A stretch of DNA of 64,000 nt, taken from the NCBI RefSeq assembly GCF_009914755.1, contig NC_060948.1, one strand, 5' to 3'. Shown here piece by piece: positions 29,137-41,992 of the stretch. Positions within the stretch are counted from its first letter, which is position 1. The number at the start of each line of letters is the position of its first letter. Source of the stretch: the human T2T-CHM13v2.0 reference genome, Homo sapiens. Made by a program: the position numbers and the translations under genes. The notes under the pieces were generated by a model. That model had not been told where the DNA came from, ran no database searches, and was given only the letters and a program-made list of their open reading frames with translations.

Positions 29137-32100
29137 TTGCATTCTATTCGAGTGATTTCCATTCGAGTCCTTTCCATTCGATTCCATTCCATTCTATTCC
29201 ATTCCTTTGGATTCCATTCCATTCCTTTCCGTTCACATCAATTCCTTGCGATTCCATTACATTGGATATCTTGCCATTCGATTCCATTCCTTTTGACTCC
29301 ATTTCATTCGATTCCATTCCATTCCATTAATTTCCATTCCATTCGAGACCTTTCCATTGCAGTCTTTTCCCTTCGAGTCCATTCCGTTCGATTCCCTTGC
29401 ATTCGATTCCATTCCATTGGAGTCCGTACCAGTCGAGTCCATTCTATTCCAGTCCATTAGTTTCGACTCCATTGCATTCGAGTGCATTCCATTCCGTGGC
29501 TGTCCATTCCATTCCGTTTGATGCCATTCCATACGATTCCATTCAATTCGAGACCATTCTATTGCTGTCCATTCCTTGTGGTTCGATTCCATTTCACTCT
29601 AGTCCATTCCATTCCATTCAATTCCATTCGACTCTATTCCGTTCCATTCAATTCCATTCCATTCGATTCCATTTTTGTCGAGAACCTTCTATTACACTCC
29701 CTTCCATTCCAGTGCATTCCATTCCAGTCTCTTCAGTTCGATTCCATTCCATACGTTTCGATTCCATTCCATTCCAGCCCATTCCATTCCATTCCATTCC
29801 TTTGCTTTCCGTTTCATTAGATTCCATTGCATTCGATTCCATTCAATTCAATTCCGTGCTATTCAATTTGATTGATTTCCATTTAATTCCATTCCATTAG
29901 ATTCCATTCCGTTCGATTCCATTCCTTTCGAATCCATTCCATTGGAGTCCATTCACTTCCAGAACATTCCATTCCAGTCGAATCCATTCGAGTACTTTCC
30001 ATTAATGTTCATTACATTCTAATACATTCCATTCCATTGCATTCCATTCCATTCCATTCGATGCCATTCGATTCCATTCCTTGCCAAATCATTGCATTCC
30101 TTTCCTTTCCGTTCCTATCAATTCCATTCCATTTGATTTAGTTCGATTCTATTCACTTCCATTCCATTCGATTCCATTCCATTGGAGTCAATTCCTTTCG
30201 ACACCCAGCCTTTCCAGTCAATGATTTTGGATTCCATTTTTTTGCATTCCATTACATTCTATGACATTCGATTCCGTTTCATTGCATTCCATTCCATACA
30301 TTTTTATTCCATTCGAGACCGTAGCATTCCAGTTTATTCCAGGCTTGTCCATTACACTACATTCCCTTCCATTCCACTGAATTCCATTCCATTCCTATCC
30401 ATTCCTTTCCTTTCGCTTGCATTCCATTCTATTCTCTTCTACTGCATACAATTTCACTCCATTCGTTCCCATTCCATTCAATTCCATTCCATTCAATTCC
30501 ATTCCATTTGTTTCCATTCTCTTCGATTCCATTTCTTTATATTCCATGCCATTCGATTCCATTCTATTGGATTGCATTACATTCGTGTTCATTCCATTCC
30601 AGACCATTCCATTTGACTCCATTCCTTTCGAGCCCTTTCAATTTGAGTCCATTCCTTTCCAGTCCATTTCACTCCAGTCCATTACTATCCATTCCCTACC
30701 ATTCCATCCCATTGCATTCCATTCCATTCCAATCCATTCCATTGCATTCCATTCCATTCCATTGCACTGCACTCCATTCCATTACATTCTATTCTATTAC
30801 AGTCGATTTTATTGCATTAGATTCTATTCCATTGGATTACTTTCCATTCGATTACATTCCATTCATGTACATTCCATTCCAGTCAATTACATTCGAGTTC
30901 ATTACGTTACATTCCAGTATATTCCATTGTATTCGATCCCATTCCTTTCAATTCCATTTCATTCGACTCCATTATATTCGATTCCATTCCACCCGAATCC
31001 ATTCCATTAGAGGACATTCCATTCCAATGCATTCCATTCCATTCCAAAGCATTCCATTGCATTCGATTCCATCCCATTTGATGCCATTCCGTTTGATGCC
31101 ATTCCATGACATTCCATTCCATTCGAGTCCATTCCGTTCCAATTCATTCCATTCCGTTTCATGAAATTCGAGTCCTTTCCAGTACATTTCATTCCAATCC
31201 CATCCAATCCAATCTACTCCATTCAATTCCTTTCCATTCCATTTGATTATATTCCATTGATTTGATTCCATTCAGTTTGATTCCATTCCGTGAAATTTCG
31301 TTCCATTCTATTCCATTGCATTACTTTCCATTCAATTCCATTCCATTTCATTTCAGTCCATACGCTTCCTTTCCTTTCGATTCAATTCCATTTGATTCCA
31401 CTCCATTCTATGCGATTTCATTCCAATCGATTCAATTCCATTCGATGACATTCCTTTCGTTTCCATTCCATTCGAGTCCATTCAATTTGAGCATTCGTGT
31501 CCATTCTATTCGAGTCCATTCCATTACCGTCTATTCTATTCCCTTCCATTCCTGTTGATTCAATTTCATTCCCTTCCATTCGATTCCTTTCCATTCGATT
31601 CCATTCCTTTCCATTCCATTCCATTCGCTCCCATTCCATGTGATTTCATTCCATTCCAGTCCATTATATTCGAGTCCACTCCACTCCATTCTATTACATT
31701 CAATTCCTTTTGAGTCCGTTCCATAACACTCCATTCATTTCGATTCCATTTCTTGCCAGTTTTCTTCCATTTTATTCCATTCCGTTCGATTCCATTCCAT
31801 TCGATTGCATTCCATTCGAATCCTTTCCATTCCATTTCATTCCATTCCTTTCTATTCCATTCCATTTCATTCGATTTGATTCCATTCTGTTCTATTCCAT
31901 TCAATTCTTTTTCATTCCATTCGAATCCTTTCTATTGCAGTCCATTCCATTCGAGTCCATTCCAATCCCTTCCATTCCATTCCATTACAGTCCATTCCAA
32001 TAGATTCCATTCCTTTGCCTTCCATTCGAATCCATTCCATTCTAGTCCATTCCATTTGAGTCAATTCCATTCCATTCCATTCTATTCCTTTCCAATCCAT

Positions 32101-32655
32101 TCGATTCCATTCGATTCAATTCCGTTTGATTCTCTTTCATTCTATTTTATTCCATGCCATTTGATTGCATTGCATTCCATTCCGTTTGATTCCAGTCCAT
32201 TGCTTTTGAGTCCATTCCATTCCACTCTAGTCTATTCCACTCCATTCCTTTCCATTCCATTCCATACTATTCCATTCCATTCCTTTGCATTCCGTTTCCA
32301 CTCTATTCGAGTCCATTGCATTCCAGTCCAATCCATTCGATTACATTCCTTTTGATACCCTGCCAGTCGATTGCATTGCATACTAGACCATTCCAAAGGA
32401 GTCCATTCCATTCTATTTCACCACTTTCCATTCCACTCTGTTCAAGTCCAATCCATTCCAGTCCATTTAATTCAAGGGCATTCCATTCCATTCCATTCCA
32501 TTTCATGTTATTCCATTCCATTCAATTCCATTCCAGATGATTCCATTCCATTCTATACCATTGCTCTCTGTTCCATTCCATTCCATCTGTCTCCATTCCT
32601 TTCGTTTCGATTCCTTTCCATTCCATTCCATTACATTTGATCCTATTTTATTAAA
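29137..32655 (+). repeat. DYZ1 unit U9, 3519 bp, HaeIII-negative
   Basis: GGCT at 30342. 25-bp deletion at ~32189-32201. Confidence 0.9.
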
Positions 32656-35600
32656 TTGCATTCTATTCGAGTGATTTCCATTCGAGTCCTTTCCATTCGA
32701 TTCCATTCCATTCTATTCCATTCCTTTGGATTCCATTCCATTCCTTTCCGTTCACATCAATTCCTTGCGATTCCATTACATTGGATATCTTGCCATTCGA
32801 TTCCATTCCTTTTGACTCCATTTCATTCGATTCCATTCCATTCCATTAATTTCCATTCCATTCGAGACCTTTCCATTGCAGTCTTTTCCCTTCGAGTCCA
32901 TTCCGTTCGATTCCCTTGCATTCGATTCCATTCCATTGGAGTCCGTACCAGTAGAGTCCATTCTATTCCAGTCCATTAGTTTCGACTCCATTGCATTCGA
33001 GTGCATTCCATTCCGTGGCTGTCCATTCCATTCCGTTTGATGCCATTCCATACGATTCCATTCAATTCGAGACCATTCTATTGCTGTCCATTCCTTGTGG
33101 TTCGATTCCATTTCACTCTAGTCCATTCCATTCCATTCAATTCCATTCGACTCTATTCCGTTCCATTCAATTCCATTCCATTCGATTCCATTTTGGTCGA
33201 GAACCTTCTATTACACTCCCTTCCATTCCAGTGCATTCCATTCCAGTCTCTTCAGTTCGATTCCATTCCATACGTTTCGATTCCATTCCATTCCAGCCCA
33301 TTCCATTCCATTCCATTCCTTTGCTTTCCGTTTCATTAGATTCCATTGCATTCGATTCCATTCAATTCAATTCCGTACTATTCAATTTGATTGATTTCCA
33401 TTTAATTCCATTCCATTAGATTCCATTCCGTTCGATTCCATTCCTTTCGAATCCATTCCATTGGAGTCCATTCACTTCCAGAACATTCCATTCCAGTCGA
33501 ATCCATTCGAGTACTTTCCATTAATGTTCATTACATTCTAATACATTCCATTCCATTGCATTCCATTCCATTCCATTCGATGCCATTCGATTCCATTCCA
33601 TGCCAAATCATTGCATTCCTTTCCTTTCCGTTCCTATCAATTCCATTCCATTTGATTTAGTTCGATTCTATTCACTTCCATTCCATTCGATTCCATTCCA
33701 TTGGAGTCAATTCCTTTCGACACCCAGCCTTTCCAGTCAATGATTTTGGATTCCATTTTTTTGCATTCCATTACATTCTATGACATTCGATTCCGTTTCA
33801 TTGCATTCCATTCCATACATTTTTATTCCATTCGAGACCGTAGCATTCCAGTTTATTCCAGGCTTGTCCATTACACTACATTCCCTTCCATTCCACTGAA
33901 TTCCATTCCATTCCAATCCATTCCTTTCCTTTCGCTTGCATTCCATTCTATTCTCTTCTACTGCATACAATTTCACTCCATTCGTTCCCATTCCATTCAA
34001 TTCCATTCCATTCAATTCCATTCCATTTTTTCCATTCTCTTCGATTCCATTTCTTTATATTCCATGCCATTCGATTCCATTCTATTGGATTGCATTACAT
34101 TCGTGTTCATTCCATTCCAGACCATTCCATTTGACTCCATTCCTTTCGAGCCCTTTCAATTTGAGTCCATTCCTTTCCAGTCCATTTCACTCCAGTCCAT
34201 TACTATCCATTCCCTAACATTCCATCCCATTGCATTCCATTCCATTCCATTCCATTCCATTCCATTGCATTCCATTCCATTCCATTGCACTGCACTCCAT
34301 TCCATTACATTCTATTCTATTACAGTCGATTTTATTGCATTAGATTCTATTCCATTGGATTACTTTCCATTCGATTACATTCCATTCATGTACATTCCAT
34401 TCCAGTCAATTACATTCGAGTTCATTACGTTACATTCCAGTATATTCCATTGTATTCGATCCCATTCCTTTCAATTCCATTTCATTCGACTCCATTATAT
34501 TCGATTCCATTCCACCCGAATCCATTCCAGTAGAGGACATTCCATTCCAATGCATTCCATTCCATTCCAAAGCATTCCATTGCATTCGATTCCATCCCAT
34601 TTGATGCCATTCCGTTTGATGCCATTCCATGACATTCCATTCCATTCGAGTCCATTCCGTTCCAATTCATTCCATTCCGTTTCATGAAATTCGAGTCCTT
34701 TCCAGTACATTTCATTCCAATCCCATCCAATCCAATCTACTCCATTCAATTCCTTTCCATTCCATTTGATTAGATTCCATTGATTTCATTCCATTCAGTT
34801 TGATTCCATTCCGTGAAATTTCGTTCCATTCTATTCCATTGCATTACTTTCCATTCAATTCCATTCCATTTCATTTCAGTCCATTCGCTTCCTTTCCTTT
34901 CGATTCAATTCAATTTGATTCCACTCCATTCTATGCGATTTCATTCCAATCGATTCAATTCCATTCGATGACATTCCTTTCGTTTCCATTCCATTCGAGT
35001 CCATTCAATTTGAGCATTCGTGTCCATTCTATTCGAGTCCATTCCATTACCGTCTATTCTATTCCCTTCCATTCCTGTTGATTCAATTTCATTCCCTTCC
35101 ATTCGATTCCTTTCCATTCGATTCCATTCCTTTCCATTCCATTCCATTCGCTTCCATTCCATGTGATTTCATTCCATTCCAGTCCATTATATTCGAGTCC
35201 ACTCCACTCCATTCTATTACATTCAATTCCTTTTGAGTCCGTTCCATAACACTCCATTCATTTCGATTCCATTTCTTGCCAGTTTTCTTCCATTTTATTC
35301 CATTCCGTTCGATTCCATTCCATTCGATTGCATTCCATTCGAATCCTTTCCATTCCATTTCATTCCATTCCTTTCTATTCCATTCCATTTCATTCGATTT
35401 GATTCCATTCTGTTCTATTCCATTCAATTCTTTTTCATTCCATTCGAATCCTTTCTATTGCAGTCCATTGCATTCGAGTCCATTCCAATCCCTTCCATTT
35501 AATTCCGTTACAGTCCATTCCAATAGATTCCATTCCTTTGCCTTCCATTCGAATCCATTCCATTCTAGTCCATTCCATTTGAGTCAATTCCATTCCATTC

Positions 35601-36203
35601 CATTCTATTCCTTTCCAATCCATTAGATTCCATTCGATTCAATTCCGTTTGATTCTCTTTAATTCTATTTTATTCCATGTCATTTGATTGCATTGCATTC
35701 CATTCCGTTTGATTCCATTCCATTCAAGAAAGTTCCATTCCAGTCCATTGCTTTTGAGTCCATTCCATTCCACTCTAGTCTATTCCACTCCATTCCTTTC
35801 CATTCCATTCCATACTATTCCATTCCATTCCTTTGCATTCCGTTTCCAATCTATTCGAGTCCATTGCATTCCAGTCCAATCCATTCGATTACATTCCTTT
35901 TGATTCCCTGCCAGTCGATCGCATTGCATACTAGACCATTCCAAAGGAGTCCATTCCATTCTATTTCAACACTTTCCATTCCACTCTGTTCGAGTCCATT
36001 CCATTCCAGTCCATTTAATTCAAGGGTATTCCATTCCATTCCATTCCATTTCATGTTATTCCATTCCATTCAATTCCATTCCAGATGATTCCATTCCATT
36101 CTATACCATTGCTCTCTGTTCCATTCCATTCCATCTGTCTCCATTCCTTTCGTTTCGATTCCTTTCCATTCCATTACATTACATTTGATCCTATTTTATT
36201 AAA
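32656..36203 (+). repeat. DYZ1 unit U10, 3548 bp, HaeIII-negative
   Basis: GGCT at 33861. 1-bp deletion at ~34027 and +5 bp at ~34250. Confidence 0.9.
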
Positions 36204-39200
36204 TTGCATTCTATTCGAGTGATTTCCATTCGAGTCCTTTCCATTCGATTCCATTCCATTCTATTCCATTCCTTTGGATTCCATACCATTCCGTTCCGTT
36301 CACATCAATTCCTTGCGATTCCATTACATTCGATTTCTTGCCATTCGATTCCATTCCTTTTGACTCCATTTCATTCGATTCCATTCCATTCCATTAATTT
36401 CCATTCCATTCGAGACCTTTCCATTGCAGTCTTTTCCCTTCGAGTCCATTCCGTTCGATTCCCTTGCATTCGATTCCATTCCATTGGAGTCCGTACCAGT
36501 CGAGTCCATTCTATTCCAGTCCATTAGTTTCGACTCCATTGCATTCGAGTGCATTCCATTCCGTGGCTGTCCATTCCATTCCGTTTGATGCCATTCCATA
36601 CGATTCCATTCAATTCGAGACCATTCTATTCCTGTCCATTCCTTGTGGTTCGATTCCATTTCACTCTAGTCCATTCCATTCCATTCAATTCCATTCGACT
36701 CTATTCCGTTCCATTCAATTCCATTCCATTCGATTCCATTTTTTTCGAGAGCCTTCCATTACACTCCCTTCCATTCCAGTGCATTCCATTCCAGTCTCTT
36801 CAGTTCGATTCCATTCCTTTCGTTTCGATTCCATTCCATTCCAGCCCATTCCACTCCATTCCATTCCTTTCCTTTCCATTTCATTAGATTCCACTGCATT
36901 CTATTCCATTCAATTCAATTCCGTTCTATTCAATTTGATTCATTTCCATTTAATTCCATTCCATTAGATTACATTCCTTTCGAATCCATTCCATTGGAGT
37001 CCATTCACTTCGAGAACATTCCATTCCAGTCGAATCCATTCGAGTACATTCCATTAAAGTTCATTACATCCTAATACATTCCATTCCATTGCATTCAATT
37101 CCATTCCATTCGATGCCACTCGATTCCGTTCCATGGCAAATCATTGCATTCCTTTCCATTCCGTTCCTATCAATTCCATTCCATTCGATTTAGTTCCATT
37201 CTATTCACTTCCATTCCATTCGATTCCATTCCATTGGAGTCAATTCCTTTTGACACCCAGCCTTTCCAGTCAATGATTTTGGAGTCCATTTTTTTGCATT
37301 CCATTACATTCTATGACATTCAATTCCGTTTCATTGCATTCCATTCCATACATTTTTATTCCATTCGAGACCGTAGCATTCCACTTTATTCCAGGCCTGT
37401 CCATTACACTACATTCCCTTCCATTCCAATGAATTCCATTCCATTCCAATCCATTCCTCTCCTTTCGCTTGCATTGCATTCTATTCTCTTCTACTGCATA
37501 CAATTTCACTCCATTCCTTCCCATTCCATTCAATTCCATTCCATTCAATTCCATTCCATTTGTTTCCATTCTCTTCGATTCCATTTCTTTATATTCCATG
37601 CCATTCGATTCCATTCTATTGGATTGCATTACATTCGTGTTCATTCCATTCCAGACCATTCCATTTGACTCCATTCCTTTCGAGCCCTTTCAATTTGAGT
37701 CCATTCCTTTCCTAGTCCATTTCACTCCAATCCATTACTATCCATTCCATACCATTCCATCTCATTGCATTCCATTCCATTCCATTCCATTCCATTGAAT
37801 TCCATTCCATTCCATTCCATTGCACTGCACTCCATTCCATTACATTCTATTCTATTTGAGTCGATTTTATTGCATTAGATTCTATTCCATTGGATTACTT
37901 TCCATTCGATTACATTCCATTCATGTACATTCCATTCCAGTCAATTACATTCGAGTTCATTACGTTGCATTCCAGTATATTCCATTGTATTCGATCTCAT
38001 TCCTTTCAATTCCATTTCATTCGACTCCATTATATTCGATTCCATTCCACTCGAATCCATTCCATTAGAGGACATTCCATTCCAATGCATTCCATTCCAT
38101 TCCATAGCATTCCATTGCATTCGATTCCATTCCCTTTGATGCCATTCCGTTTGATGCCATTCCATGACATTCCATTCCATTCGAGTCCATTCCGTTCCAA
38201 TTCATTCCATTCCGTTTCATGAAATTCGAGTGCTTTCCAGTACATTTCATTCCAATCCCATCCAATCCAATCTACTCCATTCAATTCCTTTCCATTCCAT
38301 TTGATTATATTCCATTGATTTGATTCCATTCAGTTTGATTCCATTACGTGAAATTTCGTTCCATTCTATTCCATTGCATTACTTTCCATTCAATTCCATT
38401 CCATTTCATTTCAGTCCATTCGCTTCCTTTCCTTTCGATTCAATTCAATTTGATTCCACTCCATTCTATGCGATTTCATTCCAATCGATTCAATTCCATT
38501 CGATGACATTCCTTTCGTTTCCATTCCATTCGAGTCCATTCAATTTGAGCATTCGTGTCCATTCTATTCGAGTCCATTCCATTACCGTCTATTCTATTCC
38601 CTTCCATTCCTGTTGATTCAATTTCATTCCCTTCCATTCGATTCCTTTCCATTCGATTCCATTCCTTTCCATTCCATTCCATTCGGTCCCATTCCATGTG
38701 ATTTCATTCCATTCCAGTCCATTATATTCGAGTCCACTCCACTCCATTCTATTACATTCAATTCCTTTTGAGTCCGTTCCATAACACTCCATTCATTTCG
38801 ATTCCATTTCTTGCCAGTTTTCTTCCATTTTATTCCATTCCGTTCGATTCCATTCCATTCGATTGCACTCATTTCGAATCCTTTCCATTCCATTTCATTC
38901 CATTCCTTTCTATTCCATTCCATTTCATTCGATTTGATTCCATTCTGTTCTATTCCATTCAATTCTTTTTCATTCCATTCGAATCCTTTCTATTGCAGTC
39001 CATTCCATTCGAGTCCATTCTAATCCCTTCCATTCCATTCCATTACAGTCCATTCCAATAGATTCCATTCCTTTGCCTTCCATTCGAATCCATTCCATTC
39101 TAGTCCATTCCATTTGAGTCAATTCCATTCCATTCCATTCTATTCCTTTCCAATCCATTCGTTTCCATTCGATTCAATTCCGTTTGATTCTCTTTCATTC

Positions 39201-39738
39201 TATTTTATTCCATGCCATTTGATTGCATTGCATTCCATTCCGTTTGATTCCAGTCCATTCAAGAAAGTTCCATTCCAGTCCATTGCTTTTGAGTCCATTC
39301 CATTCCACTCTAGTCTATTCCACTCCATTCCTTTCCATTCCATTCCATACTATTCCATTCCATTCCTTTGCATTCCGTTTCCAATCTATTCGAGTCCATT
39401 GCATTCTAGTCCAATCCATTCGATTACATTCCTTTTGATTCCCTGCCAGTCGATTGCATTGCATACTAGACCATTCCAAAGGAGTCCATTCCATTCTATG
39501 TCAACACTTTCCATTCCACTCTGTTCGAGTCCATTCCATTCCAGTCCATTTAATTTAAGGGCATTCCATTCCATTCCATTCCATTTCATGTTATTCCATT
39601 CCATTCAATTCCATTCCAGATGATTCCATTCCATTCCATACCATTGCTCTCTGTTCCATTCCATTCCATCTGTCTCCATTCCTTTCGTTTCGATTCCTTT
39701 CCATTCCATTACATTACATTTGATCCTATTTTATTAAA
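36204..39738 (+). repeat. DYZ1 unit U11, 3535 bp
   Basis: GGCC at 37394. 15-bp deletion at ~36970 and 1-bp insertion at ~37712. Confidence 0.9.
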
Positions 39739-41992
39739 TTGCATTCTATTCGAGTGATTTCCATTCGAGTCCTTTCCCTTCGATTCCATTCCATTCTATT
39801 CCATTCCTTTGGATTCCATTCCATTCCGTTCCGTTCACATCAATTCCTTGTGATTCCATTACATTCGATTTCTTGCCATTCGATTCCATTCCTTTTGACT
39901 CCATTTCATTCGATTCCATTCCATTCCATTAATTTCCATTCCATTCGAGACCTTTCCATTGCAGTCTTTTCCCTACGAGTCCATTCCGTTCCATTCCCTT
40001 CCATTCGATTCCATTCCATTGGAGTCCGTACCAGTCGAGTCCATTCTATTCCAGTCCATTAGTTTCGACTCCATTGCATTCGAGTGCATTCCATTCCGTG
40101 GCTGTCCATTCCATTCCGTTTGATGCCATTCCATACGATTCCATTCAATTCGAGACCATTCTATTCCTGTCCATTCCTTGTGGTTCGATTCCATTTCACT
40201 CTAGTCCATTCCATTCCATTCAATTCCATTCGACTCTATTCCGTTCCATTCAATTCCATTCCATTCGATTCCCTTTTTTTCGAGAACCTTCCATTACACT
40301 CCCTTCCATTCCAGTGCATTCCATTCCAGTCTCTTCAGTTCGATTCCATTCCATTCCATAGCATTCCATTGCATTCGATTCCATTCCATTCGATGCCATT
40401 CCATTTGATGCCATTCCATGACATTCCATTCCATTCGAGTCCATTCCGTTCCAATTCATTCCATTCCGTTTCATGAAATTCGAGTCCTTTCCAGTACATT
40501 TCATTCCAATCCCATCCAATCCAATCTACTCCATTCAATTCCTTTCCATTCCATTTGATTATATTCCATTGATTTGATTCCATTCAGTTTGATTCCATTC
40601 CATGAAATTTCCTTCCATTCTCTTCCATTGCATTACTTTCCATTCCATTCCATTCCATTTCATTTCAGTCCATTCGCTTCCTTTCCTTTCGATTCAATTC
40701 CATTTGATTCCACTCCATTCTATGCGATTTCATTCCAATCGATTCAATTCCATTCGATGACATTCCTTTCGTTTCCATTCCATTCGAGTCCATTCAATTT
40801 GAGCATTCGTGTCCATTCTATTCGAGTCCATTCCATTACCGTCTATTCTATTCCCTTCCATTCCTGTTGATTCAATTTCATTCCCTTCCATTCGATTCCT
40901 TTCCATTCGATTCCATTCCTTTCCATTCCATTCCATTCGTTCCCATTCCATGTGATTTCATTCCATTCCAGTCCATTATATTCGAGTCCACTCCACTCCA
41001 TTCTATTACATTCAATTCCTTTTGAGTCCGTTCCATAACACTCCGTTCATTTCGATTCCATTTCTTGCCAGTTTTCTTCCATTTTATTCCATTCCGTTCG
41101 ATTCCATTCCATTCGATTGCATTCCATTCGAATCCTTTCCATTCCATTTCATTCCATTCCTTTCTATTCCATTCCATTTCATGCGATTTGATTCCATTCT
41201 GTTCTATTCCATTCAATTCTTTTTCATTCCATTCGCATCCTTTCTATTGCAGTCCATTCCATTCGAGTCCATTCCAATCCCTTCCATTCCATTCCATTAC
41301 AGTCCATTCCAATAGATTCCATTCATTTGCCTTCCATTCGAATCCATTCCATTCTAGTCCATTCCATTTGAGTCAATTCCATTCCATTCCATTCTATTCC
41401 TTTCCAATCCAATCGATTATATTCAATTCTATTCCATTTGATTCTCTTTCATTCTATTTTATTCCATGCCATTTGATTGCATTGCATTCCATTCCGTTTG
41501 ATTCCAGTCCATTCAAGAATGTTCCATTCCAGTCCATTGCTTTCGAGTCCATTCCATTCCACTCTAGTCTATTCCACTCCATTTCTTTCCATTCCATTCC
41601 ATACTATTCCATTCCATTCCTTTGCATTCCGTTTCCAATCTATTCGAGTCCATTGCATTCCAGTCCAATCCATTCGATTACATTCCTTTTGATTCCCTGC
41701 CAGTCGATTGCATTGCATACTACACCATTCCAAGGGAGTCCATTCCATTCTATCTCAACACTTTCCATTCCACTCTGTTCGAGTCCATTCCATTCCAGTC
41801 CATTTAATTCAAGGGCATTCCATTCCATTCCATTCCATTTCATATTATTCCATTCCATTCAATTCCATTCCAGATGATTCCATTCCATTCTATACCATTG
41901 CTCTCTGTTCCATTCCATTCCATCTGTCTCCATTCCTTTCGTTTCGATTCCTTTCCATTCCATTCCATTACATTTGATCCTATTTTATTAAA
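39739..41992 (+). repeat. Internally deleted DYZ1 unit U12, 2254 bp
   Basis: Junction CTTCAGTTCG-ATTCCATTCCATTC-CATAGCATT at 40343-40356 skips ~1290 bp. Confidence 0.9.

Noticed and set aside
33701-34687. Longest ORF, 328 aa (copy at 46497-47483)
   Set aside because: TTG start and low-complexity IPFHS repeats. It arises from a 1-bp deletion at ~34027 that fuses two satellite reading frames. The CATTC pentamer has no stop codons, so long ORFs are expected.
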